Assembly: GCA_905178155.1 (NCBI GenBank)
Contig: CAJINV010000001.1
Span: forward strand, 5,894,750-5,958,749
Direction: 5' to 3'
DNA length: 64,000 nucleotides
From: Amoebophrya sp. A120
Taxonomy: Eukaryota; Protista; Dinoflagellata
Position 1 is the first letter of the stretch. Every line of letters begins with the position of its first letter. A model generated the notes under the pieces. That model searched no databases. It was given only the letters and a program-made list of their open reading frames with translations, and was not told where the DNA came from. A program made the position numbers and the translations under genes. Below, piece after piece: positions 1 through 13,900 of this stretch.

Positions 1-2
1 TG

Positions 3-2506
3 ATGCTGAGTCCCGGACAAGAGCAGCGGGAGGTACTATCGAGTGCAGCGGGCTCGCCGGATCAGCCCCTGCAGCGAACGCCGGACCAGCATCGGCTGCA
101 TCCGGATGGTCATAATTTCGCCGGCTCTCCGCAGCCCAGCGCCAGTTTGTCCGCTACAAACGGCCCGCAGCAGCAACAGTCCTCTAGCGCGCACTCCCCG
201 GACCAGCTGAATCATGCGCTAGTTCTGGCCGAGGATCAGCCGTTTGCCTTGCAACAAGGATCTGGTCATCTGCCTTTCGTGCAATTGGCCGGCCGCCGTC
301 CACGGGTGATCGCGCCGAGGTGTGGCGACTTTATCTCTAGTAATAGACAAGTGAAGATGAACACAGCTGCAAATAACGGCCTGGCCGTCGACGTGCTGGG
401 AGGGGTGCCAAGTTCCGTCGCAAACGCGAGCAAGTTCTCCAACAACTCCAACGCGCCGAACAAGGCGTTTCTGAGTTTCCTCGACGGGCCGCGGATCCAC
501 ATCATCCGCAAGAACAAGCCGGTCACGTTATCCTGAGTAAAAACGTACCCACACCAGAATTGTAATGCAGATTTGCAAAGACAGGAAGACTTGTAACGCG
601 CATCCCCATGAGAGCCATTTCCAATCGTGTTTTGGAATTTGTGATGCTGTGAGCAGGATGAGCAGATGAGTCTGTGATGCGGCTGCACTTGCTAACCTGC
701 ACTACAGTGCAAAGCGCAACTTGTCATGCGTGACTCACAAAGCTCCTAGGGTTGTGCTGCAGAATCCCCATCCTGACTCGACGTGCTGGGAGGGGTGCCA
801 TTGCGCCATTTTTCCAGTAGCATGCCGCTCAAGTGCCAACAGGGCGAGAGCCCTGCAAGACCGGGCTGCGAATGTAAGAAATCGGGAAAAAAATGCCGTA
901 TACCTGCGCAATTCCTTATATGTGAATAACAAGGTGGGCGGGCGGGGTTCTTCACATTTTTGGAAACGCCCACCGCCCCGACACAAACAGTATTCTTGGA
1001 AGCGGAGGGGGGGCGCGGGACCCCCATCAAGTCGCCGCGGCGCGAAGCCGCAAATCCTTGGGCCACGTCTACCACCAGAAGTATTCCGCCCGGGGGCCGC
1101 TCCATGAGTCCATGAGTCCAAAAAAAAAATGGGGGCCGGGCAAAAAAAAAAAAAAATCCCCATCCTGACTCTGGTGTGGGTACGTTTTTACTCAGGATAC
1201 ACGTACTTGCTCGACATCCAGGATTTTTCCTGCGCGGATTGGCAACCCAACTGCCGAACAGGGACGCTGGCACTCAGCGCCGGCTCGCACGTGTTCCTCT
1301 TTCGGTTGAACCTCTTTCACGACAGTCTCGAGCAAATTGCGCAGTTTCGGCTGCCCAGCAACCGGCGGGTGCTGGACTTGAAGTGGTCGCCGGACGGGAG
1401 GAGACTGCTGGCCGTGGACTTCTTCGGCCACTACCATGTCTGGGAGCACGCATCGCGGTTGCAACGACCCATCACGCTGAAACCGCCACTGAAGGGCGTG
1501 CTGGCGGGACCTATATCCTGGTTGAGCAGCAAATTTTCGAAGAAAAATAAAAAAGGTGCAACATCATCTTCTGCAAAGAAGAACGACAGCGACAATAATG
1601 CAGCGGCGGAGAGAAATAAAAACTCTTCGGCCACTACTGGCGCTCCAGTATCGCAAATACTGTGGAACCCGGAAGGCAACATGTTCTGCGGGTTCTCGGA
1701 CAGTGGGCACCTGGAAATTTGGGACGCGGTCAGGTACGAGCGCGTGTTCGAAATGAGCGACTTGGATTTGAAGCCGCGGATCGCCGGAAACGTGCCCCAG
1801 CGAGGCAGCTTCGTGTTCGGGTTAGAAGGCGAAGAAGGCGGGAACATGTATGAGGTAAGAAACAGAGGCAGCACTTATGTCTCAATATGCTTTTTTTCTT
1901 CGTCAATGAATCAGCATGTGTGATTTAGTTCACATTTATCGTGACACCCAAACAATCAACCAAACCCATCACCAGGTTCCGTGGCGACTCCGTGACATGC
2001 GGGAGATTTTGGAGGTTCATCTAGGCTTCTCCCTTGAAAACGAACGTTTGATGGACGTGGTCATAGACGCGACGACGCACAGCCGCCTCGGTCTCGTCCT
2101 CGACAAAGGTGTCGCTGTCTGCGACCTCTGGACCTGCGCTAGAGAGGACCCAATGCGGGATCTGAAGCCGCTGGTATGTACTTTAGTTGCCTTTTAAATG
2201 ATAGAAGACCACTTTTCGGATGATATGCTGAAAGCAGCTTCACTTTTGAAAAAAGGAGAGATAGATGAATGATCACGCACGCAAATGTCCACCTCTACAC
2301 TGAAAAACGAACCAAACCAGGCATCCTGGCCAAGCAGATACGGCGAGACAGACCGATCGGGGAATTTGCTTCTTCGCGACACCAAAACCTACACAGCGGA
2401 CAATTTCCGTCCGCTGACGATGAACTTCTGCATGCACTCGAAGGACAGCGCCCTGGCGTCCGTTCTCTGGGAGAACGGAACTTTGGACACGTACGCCGTT
2501 TCTTGA
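3..2506 (+). CDS. WD40/beta-propeller-like protein, 5' truncated by the window; exons approx 3-528, 1205-1853, 1976-2173, about 2285-2506
   Basis: Removing 529-1204 joins KNKPVT|YLLDIQD. WD-like motifs VLDLKWSPDGRRLLAV and VSQILWNPEG...GHLEIWD. GT-AG intron 1854-1975. The last exon boundary is uncertain. Confidence 0.6.
529..1199. mobile_element. TIR introner, family A, containing a nested insertion (780-1154)
   Basis: TIR TATCCTGAGTAAAAACGTACCCACACCAGA / TCTGGTGTGGGTACGTTTTTACTCAGGATA; direct repeat CACGT at 524-528 and 1200-1204. Confidence 0.95.
780..1156 (+). mobile_element. Poly(A)-ended insertion flanked by a 17-bp duplication (possible retroposed or templated insert)
   Basis: AATCCCCATCCTGACTC at 763-779 and 1155-1171; A15 at 1142-1156; absent from family A copies at 4807 and 53905. 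Confidence 0.6.
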
Positions 2507-3236
2507 AACAGCCACGCAAGGTGGACTACATAAACAAAAACAAACGCATACAGACATTTTTTTCACCTCACTTTTTTCTGCGCGACATAAGTAAGATTTC
2601 AAAAACAACGAAGCAAAAAATGCATAGGAAGAGCAACACCAACACGTCGTGATGTTTTCACTATGTTCGGAGAACTTGTTCGTCAAAAACTCGCAAAAAA
2701 TCCAAATCGGTCCGCGGTTTTTCTGCAAGAGAACAGGAAAGACGAGTACGCCCGAGATCATCAAAACATCTTTTATTGCAAAAAACGAGCAAAACGCTTT
2801 TGAAGTGCTGAACTTCAATGCGATCTCGATCTGAAACCAGAAAGGCAAAGGTCCATCATGTAATGCGCAGGTTCCCTATTCTAGAAAGCAATCTCTTCCC
2901 TTCTTGTGTAATTATACGCAATGTGATTATGATTTCGAAATCGAAAGTGCCTAATACGCTTTTTGCTCTCATTACGTCGCACTGCAACCTTTTTTTGCGC
3001 AGCCTATTGTCCTCGTATGTTTGATATGATCTCTGAATTCCTGTTTAATTCCTTCTCATGTCGATGTGGCATTGATTTCGCCCCCTAGGCTAGATGTTAT
3101 TTCCATTGGTATTCAATGGACGGGTTCTTCATCACCACTCCACCCCACCCCCGCAACCAACATGACGAACATGAATTAGACTTTTATCATCTTGCTACCC
3201 CCGCAAAACCCACCTCCAGTGCGATAGCCCTTCAAC

Positions 3237-6200
3237 ATGGCGCTACCGCGGACGGTTCCGGTTGACGAGCTCGGCGTGCTCCACACCGAGCGCGAAGCGG
3301 TGGACCCGCTAGGAGCCCGGAACGCCACGACAGCGGCAGGCCCCTCCGCGATGGCGGACCACTCGCTAGTGCCAATCGTCCACCACACTTCTAGCGGAGT
3401 TGGCGTGAGTGCCACTGGTAGTGCTGTGGACCACCACCACCATGCGGCCGCGATCAACCGCAGAACCTACTCCCACGACCTGGTTCTGCGCGACCACTTG
3501 CTCGAGGCGTCGAATCACACGCCGTCGACGGTGCGGAACAACTACGACCGCTACAACAATTTGGATTTTTACCGCGGCGGCCAGCATCCCTACCGCGAGC
3601 CGTGGGTGGTCCTCAAGTCCCCGGAGGAGGGACTTTTAGTTACTTTCGACCCGGTGTCGCACAAGATCGAGCTGCTGCGCAACCACGACCACCACCAGGC
3701 CGGGCTCGACTACTGCCCGCTGTGCGGCCAGGTGCTGGGCGGCCACGGCCCGGCGGCGACGGAGCGGCACCGCTCGATGAGCGAGGCGGGCTCCTCGTCC
3801 GCGGGCGATGCGGCGGTGCGGATGGAGGACGTGATGGAGATCGACGAAACGCCAAATCTATCAAATGTAAAAATGTCTGGGTCTGGAAGATTGCCAGGTT
3901 TGTCATGCACATTTTGCGTGACTCCTGATGTCTGTGATGCATGCCCTAGCGTCACAGATTTTGTGAGGGCTTCCTGATGCTTATACCGCATCACAAATGC
4001 TCTTTCCTTGTAGCAAAACTTGGACTCTCTTTGCTGCTCATGCAATACAGATTTTTTTAGAATCCAAAATCAGCATGACAAGTTGGATTCTTCCAGACCC
4101 AGACATTTTTACATTTGATAAAATCTGGACGCCGCAGACTTCGACTCCTACCTCCTCGTGGAGGGCGCGGGAGGCAGCACCGTAGGAATGGACCACGACC
4201 ACACGCCCGCAGGCTCCGAAAACTCGCGCTCCCGAGGGGCCTCCGGGCGGCCACCGTTGTTCCCGACCAGCAGCGGCGGGGGGTCGACGAGCAGTCGTGG
4301 TGGCGGAAACAAGATGAACAGAAGAACTGCAACTGGGCCGGGAGGTGGTGCTACTGGTGGCTCATCCTCTTCCACGCGCGCGCGGTTCCACCCACCCAGG
4401 GCATCATCTTCGCAAGACCACAACATGATGAACACGACGACATCCACATCTTCTCGCAGCAATCACCGCACGAAATCCCCGGCGTTCAATCCGCAGAAAC
4501 GGAATCCACCTTCGCAGATGCATTCGCCGGACATCCGCGGCCTGCGGTCCCACTCCGAAACTTTTGTGGATCATCATCACCACAACTCCCACCACAACAC
4601 CCCGAATGCCGGCCCCTCGTCGTTTCGGCCCGCACGCGCGGCTCCATACCTGGCACACAACTACTTCACGCTTTTGAGTGCCGTACACGAAGAGGAACAG
4701 GAACTGCGCGAGCAGATGGACACAGCGGTCAATCAAGCCACATTGGACCACCACGGCGGAACCGGGGTATTTCCAGCCTTGGCGGACACCACGAGCGATT
4801 TCGATGTATCCTGAGTAAAAACGTACCCACACCAGAGTTGTAATGCAAATCTGCGTGCTGAAAATGTTTCTCATGCGGAGCCCCATGAGAAGCATTCTCC
4901 AGTCGTGTTTTGCAATTTGTCATGCTCCAATCAGCATGGTATGCTAGATCTGTGATGCTGCTGAGCTAGCTCAAACAGCACTACACTACGAATCCAAATT
5001 TGTCATGCAAAACAGCCAAAACTTGTGGATTTGTCTAGCCGATTCCCCAACTTGACTATGGTGTGGGTACGTTTTTACTCAGGATACGATGGCGGTGTAG
5101 TTCTGGATGACACGACGAGTTTTTATCCGTCCTTGCCCCCACCTCCAGTTCCCGCAGACAGCAGCAGAGAGAACGATGAGGATGACGAGATTCTTTCGCC
5201 GAAAAGCATACAAGACCGACCGGCACTAGAAGAAGGATCATTCCACCGCTCTAGATCCGCCTCCTCACGGAAGAGCCCGCTGCAAGAAGAGCCCGGTGTC
5301 GAGACACTGAACACCGCGAGCGCAAGGACTGGAAGTCTGCCCCGAGCCGAATCCATCCCTACTTTTGACACCAGTGCCCCGCCGGACACCAACCCGGGAA
5401 TCTTTCAGCTCACCACGGGTCCGGCCACGCGCGTGATAAAGCCGCTGGCATCTTCTGGCGGGTCGCAGTCCTCGTCGAAAACCGGACATGGTCCGGGGGT
5501 TGCAGCCGGACATGGTCCTCCGGTTGACTACAACGGTTTATTTGGACCACCTGCAAGAACCGCCACTACCACTTCTTCCGCAGGAGCTGCGACCAACACC
5601 GCAAGCACTAACGCGAAGCAGTACGGGCAGCTGCCGTGCGGCTTGATGAACGACGGCTACTACGAGCGGTTTTTCGTCGAGGTCGAATCTTTGGGACAGG
5701 GAAGTTTCGGGCACGTCTTTCACTGCCGGCACACCATCGACGGCGAGGCGCTGGGGGAGTTCGCGGTGAAAAAGGTCGCGGTGGGCGATGATCGCCAATG
5801 GCTGCGGAAAATCATTCGCGAAGTGAAGGCTTTCGAACGGCTCAACCACCCGAACATCGTGCAGTACAAGCACAGCTGGCTGGAATCCTGGCAGGTGAAC
5901 GCTTGGTGTCCCCGCGTGCCGTTTCTCTTCATTTTGATGCAGTACTGCAATCGGGGTAGTTTGCAGCAACTGATCGATCGCAACTACGAAAAGGTCTGTT
6001 TGGAACAACAGCAACAACAGGGGCGCGCAAAGACGGCCGCGAGTGGTCACCTGGTGCAACTGAACGCGCCCGCGGGCTGTAGCTCGCACAAACGCGGCTC
6101 GCAAGCCGTCGGCAGTAGTTCCTGTAGCAGTGCAGCGCACGCCAACATCCCGACTAGCACTGCGTCACAAAATAGCAGCGGATCGTGCGGCAAAAATGCG

Positions 6201-7235
6201 ACGGAGCCGCCGGCGGTCGGGCTGCCACTGCCACTGATTTGGCCACTGCTGGAAGACATCCTGGCGGGAATTCAGTACCTGCACACGCAGGGGGTTTTGC
6301 ACCGCGATCTGAAGTGTGAGAACGTCCTGCTGACCTCCGACGAGCGGTCCTACCCCTCAACCCGGGCGTTGTTGAGCGATTTTGGTACTGCGGAATGGAA
6401 GCGGGAGGAGCCGGTCCGGCTGCATCGAAGCAACTCCTCGATGGATAATCTGACCATGATGAAAGGCAGTCCACTGCCCGATAGTGTGAACGGCAACGCG
6501 GAAGAACAAGAAACCGAGCGCTACGCCGACCCAAGCACGATCGATGATGTCGACATGGTTCCGCTGAGTCAGCAAGACGCCCGGCCGGTGGAGTCTTCAG
6601 ATCTTCAGAGGGAACGTGGGAATGCGATGAATACGGCAAGCGGTGGCGCACTGAACAATGCGGGGACCACACCACAACAACCACCGCATCGCGTCACCAC
6701 GACGCGGGGCTCCCGGGCTACAGACAGCAGCAACCTCGGCACGACCGAGTACATGGCGCCGGAGGCGTTTGGCGATCTGTATGACGAAAAGAGCGACATG
6801 TGGAGCGTGGGCGTTTTGCTATTCAACATGCGCTATGGAAAACTTCCCTTTTTCGGGCAAAACGTGCTCGAAACCCGGGCACTGATTGAGCGGTTTTCGG
6901 AGAATTACAGTGCGAAGCGAAGCGAGAATCTCCTACCACCCGGTGACGGGGAGGCAGAAGCGCTGCTGCTGCAAGGCCTGATTCTCGCCCTGCTGCAGCC
7001 GGAGCCGTGGAAACGGCCGAGTGCGGGCGAGGTGCTGCGGAACCGCGCCTTCCGCAGCAAGGGCCGCGAGGCAGTAACACGACCACCGCGAGGGTATCAC
7101 ACCCGGGGATCCGACAACGTCAGCGAAATGCAAACGAAAAAGCGGTTCTTGCCGCTCATGGTCGCATCGGCTTCGCCACGACAGCTAGATGAAGAGATGA
7201 AACCCAAAGAAGAGCCCAGGTCGTCCCCTCCATGA
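3237..7235 (+). CDS. Ser/Thr protein kinase, IKS1-like; exons 3237-3858, 4126-4806, 5092-7235
   Basis: Kinase motifs LGQGSFG, FAVKKV, HRDLKCEN, DFG, YMAPE, DMWSVG. IKS1-like HPNIVQYKHSWLE...VPFLFILMQYCN and N-terminal CPLC. Joins ETPN|LDAAD and SDFD|GGVV are in frame after removing two elements. Confidence 0.88.
3859..4120. mobile_element. TIR introner, family B
   Basis: TIR TATCAAATGTAAAAATGTCTGGGTCTGGAAGA; direct repeat AAATC. Confidence 0.95.
4807..5086. mobile_element. TIR introner, family A
   Basis: TIR TATCCTGAGTAAAAACGTACCCACACCA; direct repeat CGATG. Confidence 0.95.
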
Positions 7236-7777
7236 AAAACTCGGAATGTTGCCCCTGGTTGACCTGGTACACAAAGTGTTGTTCCTCAGCAAAACACCAA
7301 CACGCACGATCACATGTTACATGTTTTGAAAAGCGACCTTAACAAGCCGCGATACCGACTCTCCTATTAGACGATGTTTTTTACGCGCAGCTTTGCTGCA
7401 GCAAAGTGAAGCTGAAGGGTCTGAAGTTTTTGGTGTTCCTTCCCATTTTGTTACGAGCTCGGGTCTTTGTGTTTGTCTTTGAAGCTGACTTAGTGTGTCG
7501 CAGCGGACCACTACTAGCTTGCTGTAAATCAAAGTAGCGCTACATCGTTCGATGTTTGAGAGTGACACAACCGAGCGTCTCTTCAAATCGCGTTTGGTTT
7601 TCGTTGCCGGTCGCTTTCGTTAGAGTGAGATGAGGGTGAGGGATTACGTCATCAAATGGGGCTACAAATAGTGTCGCGACATGACTGCGCTTTTTGATCC
7701 GCAGCGGGGGCCGCTTGCATGAGTACAATAACCCAAAGAGGAGGCCAGACCATCGATCAGGGAAACACTACGACAGT

Positions 7778-10241
7778 ATGCCGTCTTCGTCCGCACGGGA
7801 AAAGTCTTCCAGCCCGGAAAAGACACACACGCACGGCCAGGAAGAAGCAAGTGCAAGTCCCGACCCGAAAGCGCGATACTACTTGCAGAACCGTGGCTCT
7901 TGCCTGGTTCGGCCGCCCGTCGTCACCTTCGACGGCCACGCTACATGGAACGAGGTGATTGCGGAGGTGTCGCGCCGCGCGGGCACGGAGCGCGCGGTGG
8001 TCTCGGGCGACTTGCTCTGTCACAGCAGCCGGACGGAGAAATTTCTGCGGCCCAGCGAGATCTTTCAGTCCATCGAAGTGAAGGGTCACGTGTGGCTGTC
8101 GGAAGACGACCCGTTCTTCAACCCGGAGGAGGAAGAAGCGAGGCGGCTCGCGGAACAAGAGGCGGCCGAAAAGGGATTGAAGCCCTCGGCCTCCTCGTCG
8201 CAGAGCCCCAAGCGGCGCGATCCGTACTCCGCCCGGGATCGCCGAACCGATGTGGAGAAGGGTTGGCCCGCGGTCCCCCCGCTGGCCGGCGGCTTGAAGC
8301 GCGGCGTGGACTACATGAGACCGGATAAGGTGCCCTACGGATACAAACCGGACAAGACCTGGTGCCCCGCCGACAGCCCCGGCGGGTCCCCGAACTCTGC
8401 CCTTCCGAACCGGTCGGAGCCGTCGCCGGCGGACGCCGATCCGGACGAAAGCCCGAAGGCACGGCAGGTGCGGCGGAGGGCGTCGCAGCGCGGCTTAGAA
8501 AATTTCTACGAGGACCCGCCCTTCGCCAGCCGGTCGCCCGCGAGCCGCAGCTCGCCCGGCGGCGCGGGGTACGTGAAGATTCTGACGACGGCGCAAACAG
8601 GCTACTTCGGCGGCGGTGTGGCACCAGAGGACGAAGAGCAGGACGACTCGACATCGCCGGTGAAGAGGTACCAGCGCGCCGCTTCGTCCGCCAACGTCTC
8701 GGCGCGACCGATGGAAGTGGTCGGCAGCTGGAGCCAGTCGGACGGGCCCTTCGCCATCTACGACCCCGCGCTGCCGACGAAGGCGTTCGTGTGGGCGCCG
8801 CTGGACTTCTTTCCCGCGAAGTGGCACCCAATCCTGTGCCACCTGGACCCGCTGGTTACCTACGACAGCGCCAAGCATTCCACGAAGAGCTTCCGCCGCG
8901 CGCCGAGAATGTTCTCGAATCGAGACAGTCTTAACGTGGTGCTCCGTGAGGACTCTCACTACAATTTGGAAAAAGATCTCGGCGTGCTGCGGTCGCTCGT
9001 GACGTATTGATAACTTACAATTTTGTGTGTGAAGATGTCTAGTTTAAAAAGATGAGCGTCTGTTGCTTTTCACCAATTTTGTTGAGAATCCAAAAAGCAA
9101 GATATGAAAGAAAATCATGAAAAATTATCTTTCAGCTTTTTCCGTCACGTGACTCTCGTCTGCAAGAGCTTCGAGTTTATCCGCCCGCACCTGGATTTTT
9201 TTCCGAACGTCCCGGAATCGCTGACGATTCATCTCTGTGTGCCGTTCATCCCCGGGCTGGGCAGACGCGACGGGGAGATGTTCGACGCGAAGCAGCTGAA
9301 GCGCGTCACGGACATGGCTAAGCGCACCCGACTGCCAAACAGCCCGAGACCCGCGGACCGGCTGAGTTCAGAAGAAGGCACGCGGCTGGTACGGAAACAG
9401 GAGCTCGCGCTCGCCGCCGACTTGACGGCGGACTTGCGGAGGTACGACGAAGATAACGACTACGCGCCGGGGGTCAAAATCGAAAAGGAAATCGACAAAG
9501 AGTTCGTCGCCACGCACTACGAACTGGAAAAATTTGAGCACCGGCTGGAGTCCTTGGTCCGGATTCTGGCCCCCTGGGTGCAGGGCGGCCTACCCCTGCT
9601 GCGCATCGAGTGCCACTACGGCCCCTTGCCGCGCGTAGCCGAGGACATCGCACCCGATGACGACGTCCCGCGCGCGTCGGCCCTGGAGTACGAAATGTAC
9701 ACGGGAAAAATGCTACGACGGAACGTAGACAAGGTAATCAGAAGGTTTTCTTTTGAATAACGTCGTTCACCTCTCTTGATTTGGTGAGAAGGTTGAAGTT
9801 TATGTTCATCTCATCTCATCTTACTGCATCAAGTTGCAATCTATTGCCCCTCTACTACAGGTGCGCGAGAGTTTCGACGCGTTCGGCCGGCACTTTATCG
9901 CCTTGAACAAGCGCACCATCGTGTTCGAGTCAGTCTTTGTGCCAGTAAGCAGCCGCGCGCAGTTCAAAGAGATGGACTGGAAGTATGACGCCGGCGGGTT
10001 AGGCCGGCCCAAGTTCCGCGTGCTCAGCACGCCGGAGCGTCACGCCGACAGCAAACAGTCAGACTCTGCGGACGAGGAGACGCTGTACTTCGGCAGAAAG
10101 ACCGGCGCACGGAATTTCCGGGAAAAGATGAACCAGACGTCACGTGCTGACGCCGAGGGGAGCAGGACAAACTCTTTTGCGTTTACACACACCCGGGATT
10201 CCTCCCACCCCTCGCACGCAGGCTTGTCTCGCGTCATATGA
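7778..10241 (+). CDS. Hypothetical protein; exons approx 7778-9003, 9136-9733, 9861-10241
   Basis: Long GC-rich ORFs joined in frame by GT-AG introns 9004-9135 and 9734-9860; no recognisable domain. Confidence 0.6.
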
Positions 10242-10928
10242 TGAGAACAGCAGTCCTCCGTCGTAGCAGGTTGGGAAACTTTCGGATTTATGACGGGGCA
10301 AATACAAATGACCCATCATTTGTGTAATCGAAAGAAACAAACTGCGCATGATGCACGCGGTAGAAGCAAACCTGTAGTGCTTGTTTGCCCAGTGTCTGCT
10401 GGCGCTCCTTTGATTTCAATTTTGATACCCGTTCATGTTCTGCGTGACGATGATCCTGTGGCTGCGTCATTGATTTGATTCAAAACTAGCAATGTCTCGC
10501 AAAAAAAAAAAAATGGTTTATCTTTTCACAAAAGCGAGAGAGGACGAAACTAGGATTGCTGACGACGAGTGACGATTGCGACAAAACAGACTTGGCCCAG
10601 TGCTTTCATCGAAGACGTCTTACATCGAAAACCGCCCACCTGATTTTTTCGACTCCAGTGATAAAGTACTTTTTAATAGATTTCCGCAATAGCACAATGA
10701 AACGAACTCTCTCTCTTTTTATAGACATATTTGCGAACATCGGTGGCAAGAGTAGGAAATCGAAATCAGCTTGTGCGAGTGTGAATGTCTTTCCGCTCCT
10801 CTCCTGAGGAGAACGGCGCAAATACAATATGATGGAAATAAAGTTCATTTGCGGCTGCAAGGCATCTGTTTTTTCAGTTTTTTCAGCCAACAAGTAGACT
10901 CAGACAGACCCCAACTCTATTAAGCACC

Positions 10929-13900
10929 ATGCCGCCTCGAAAAGGCGGGCGCAAGCGGAAGTTAGCGGACGATGACTCCGAGGAACAGTCTCGTGCGCGA
11001 CAACCGAAGCAGGTCAAGGCCGAAATACAACCTGCCGAGGAGGCCGTACCTCCATTCGCGGAGGAACTACCCGCTGCCGGTGGAGAAGCAGAAAATGATC
11101 CTGCTGCCGTACAAGAAACACTTGCCGTGGAGCTCCAGCCAGACGAAGTCAATGAAGAACCAGACGCGTTTGCAGCAAACGAACAAGAAATTGCGGCGCC
11201 AGCTGCACAGCCGCAAGAGTCCGCCGAGTCGTCAAGCAGCTCGTCCTCCTCATCGTCAGCAGCTGCACAGGAGGAAGCACAACATGCGCCCGCCGCCGAC
11301 GAGGAAGCTGTGCCAGCAGACGCTGAAGTAGATGTCATGGAACAGCAGGTCGACCCCCCCGCAGAACCGCCTGTTTCGTCCAATGCAAAGCAGGTTGCCA
11401 GTGCTTCGAAGAAATCTTCCAATTCCTCCTCCTCTTCGTCCTCATCCAAAGCGGCGAACAAAAAAAAGGATCCGCCTTCCGCCTCAAGTAAAAAGAACCA
11501 GCCACTCTCTGCGGGCAAAGTTGTAAACAGTGCCAGCAAGGCGGTTTCGTTTAAGAAGCCGGCGAAGAAGGACACGATTGAAACGTTGCTGCCGCCGTTG
11601 GAAGAGGACGAGGAGAAGCCGGAGCCGAAATCCGCCATGAAGGGCAACAAGGCGAAAACGCCGATGAAGGTGCAGTTCTCGCAGGCCGAAGTCGAAGAGT
11701 TCTCCGCGTCCCAACTGAATGGCACGCCGCGACTGGACCCCGTGACCGGACTTCCGCTCAACAGCTCGGCTCCAACGTCAAGCCAGCAACTGCCCGTCCC
11801 AGGCGCGTCAGCAGCAGCATCCTCGTCTTCTCAACATCATACAGCTGCGTACTACAACAGTGGCAGTGCCTCTGCCCCGCCAGCCTCGTCTATGTTCATG
11901 AACAACAGCGCAGCCTCGGAGCAAGATCAAGAAGAATACCAGCAAGGACCTCCCCCGCCCAGTGGCACCGGTTCGAACGAGGGGTCCGTCCGGCCGTCCG
12001 CGGTTCCCGGGGCGGCGCCCAGCGCGCAGAACAACACGAGTTCCAATCCCTCGTCGGCAGCGTCGCCCGACCTGCCGGACAACAATGTGGTGCAGGTGGA
12101 GAAGGAGCCCGAGAAAAAGCAGCGCCTGATGATCGAGAAGATCGAGCTGGAGAACTTCAAATCCTACGGCGAGAAGCGCACCATCGGGCCCTTTCACCAG
12201 CTCTTTTCCGCGGTCATCGGGCCCAACGGGAGCGGGAAGTCCAACACCATTGACGCCCTGCAGTTTGCGTTCGGAAAGCGAGCCAAAGAGGTGCGACAAA
12301 ACAAGTTGTCCGAACTCATCCACAACTCCAAGGGGAAGGAAAATTTGAAAATGTGCCGGGTCTCCGTCTACATGATGGACATTTTGGACGAGCCCGACTT
12401 TGACGCAGACAAGCCGTACACCGTCGTGCCGAGTACTTCGTTTTTAAAAAAAATTTCAGTTTGTTATTTTTCTGTACCACTAGAATAGTCCTTGTGGTTT
12501 GCTGAAGCTTTTCCTTCGTGTCAGTACTTTGGCAGGTTATCAACAAAGTGAACTCGACAATAACCACACTCCCTTGCAGACACGGAGATCGTTCTAACGC
12601 GAGAGGCAACTTCGAAGAACGTGTCCACCTACTACCTAAACGGCAAGACGTCAAGTTTTACGGAGGTAACCGACAAACTGAAGGAACGCGGCGTGGATCT
12701 CGTGCACAACCGGTTTCTGATCCTGCAGGGCGAGGTAGAGGCCATCTCGCTGATGAAACCCAAGGCAGTGATATGAGGGTGCGCAACTGCTCTGTCTCTT
12801 TCTCATTTGTCATGCAAGAGTTCTGCCAAATTCTGTCTCTGACCCTTGCGGCCGTCTATGCTTGTATGGCAGGTTCTGGAAGTGTGGCCCAAACTGCACT
12901 ACAATCCGGGCGTTGATTTGTCGAGTAATTGCAAACGCGGCGCTTTACTTTCGAGGTGATTTCTGCTGCTACTAGCGCCGTCGCACTGCAAATATAGGAG
13001 CAGATGGAGTAGTTGCTTTTGCACTCTGATAGGCGAAGGAGGGCGGCGAAGACGGGTTTCTGGAATACCTGGAGGATATCATCGGCAGCAACAAGTACGT
13101 GCCGGCCATCCAGCAGGGAAACCGGGACCTGGAGCTGATCACAGGAACGCGGACGGACAAGTTGCGGATGTACCAGATGTCGGAGAAAGCGCGGGAGCAG
13201 ATCAAGCCGCAGTACAAAGAGGCACTGAAGTGGATCGAAACGAAAAAGCACCTGCTCATCAGCGAGGCCTACCGGAAGCAACTGGAGCGCAAGTCCTGCC
13301 GCGAGACCGTGACGGAGGTGCAAAAGTGCCACGACGACGCGGAAAAGCTGGTGCAGGAAAACCAGAAAAAGAAGGACGAAATCGTCGAGAAGCACAAGAT
13401 ATGCATTGCAAAAGTATCGTACTCGTCGTATAAATGCGAGTCTAGGATGACGGATCTGCCTTCTATCTTAGCTGAATCCGCACGACGAATTCATTTTTCT
13501 TCTAGGAAGATAAAATTTGTTACGCAAGTCGTACGAGTTGTACGATACTTTTGCATTTGATACAAGAAGTTGACGGATGAGCATCAAGATCTGCTGAAGG
13601 TTTACCGGGCGAAAATGGACGAGCTCAAGGGATGCCAGGAAAAAATGGCGCAATTCGAGATATCGCAAGAAAAAACTGTTTCACTGTGAACTTGTGATGC
13701 AGAAAATGGATCGCAGCCGTGTGTATCATGCCACACATGCAAGACAATGGATTTCTAGCTGTGTTTTCCCTTAGGAACCCCGCATGACAGATTTTCAGTA
13801 TCACGCGTAACAAACGAAACTTGTGATGCAGATTTTGCAAAATCACCACAGTGAAACAGTTTTTTCGTGCGATACGAGATGGACGACAAACAGTGCCAGC

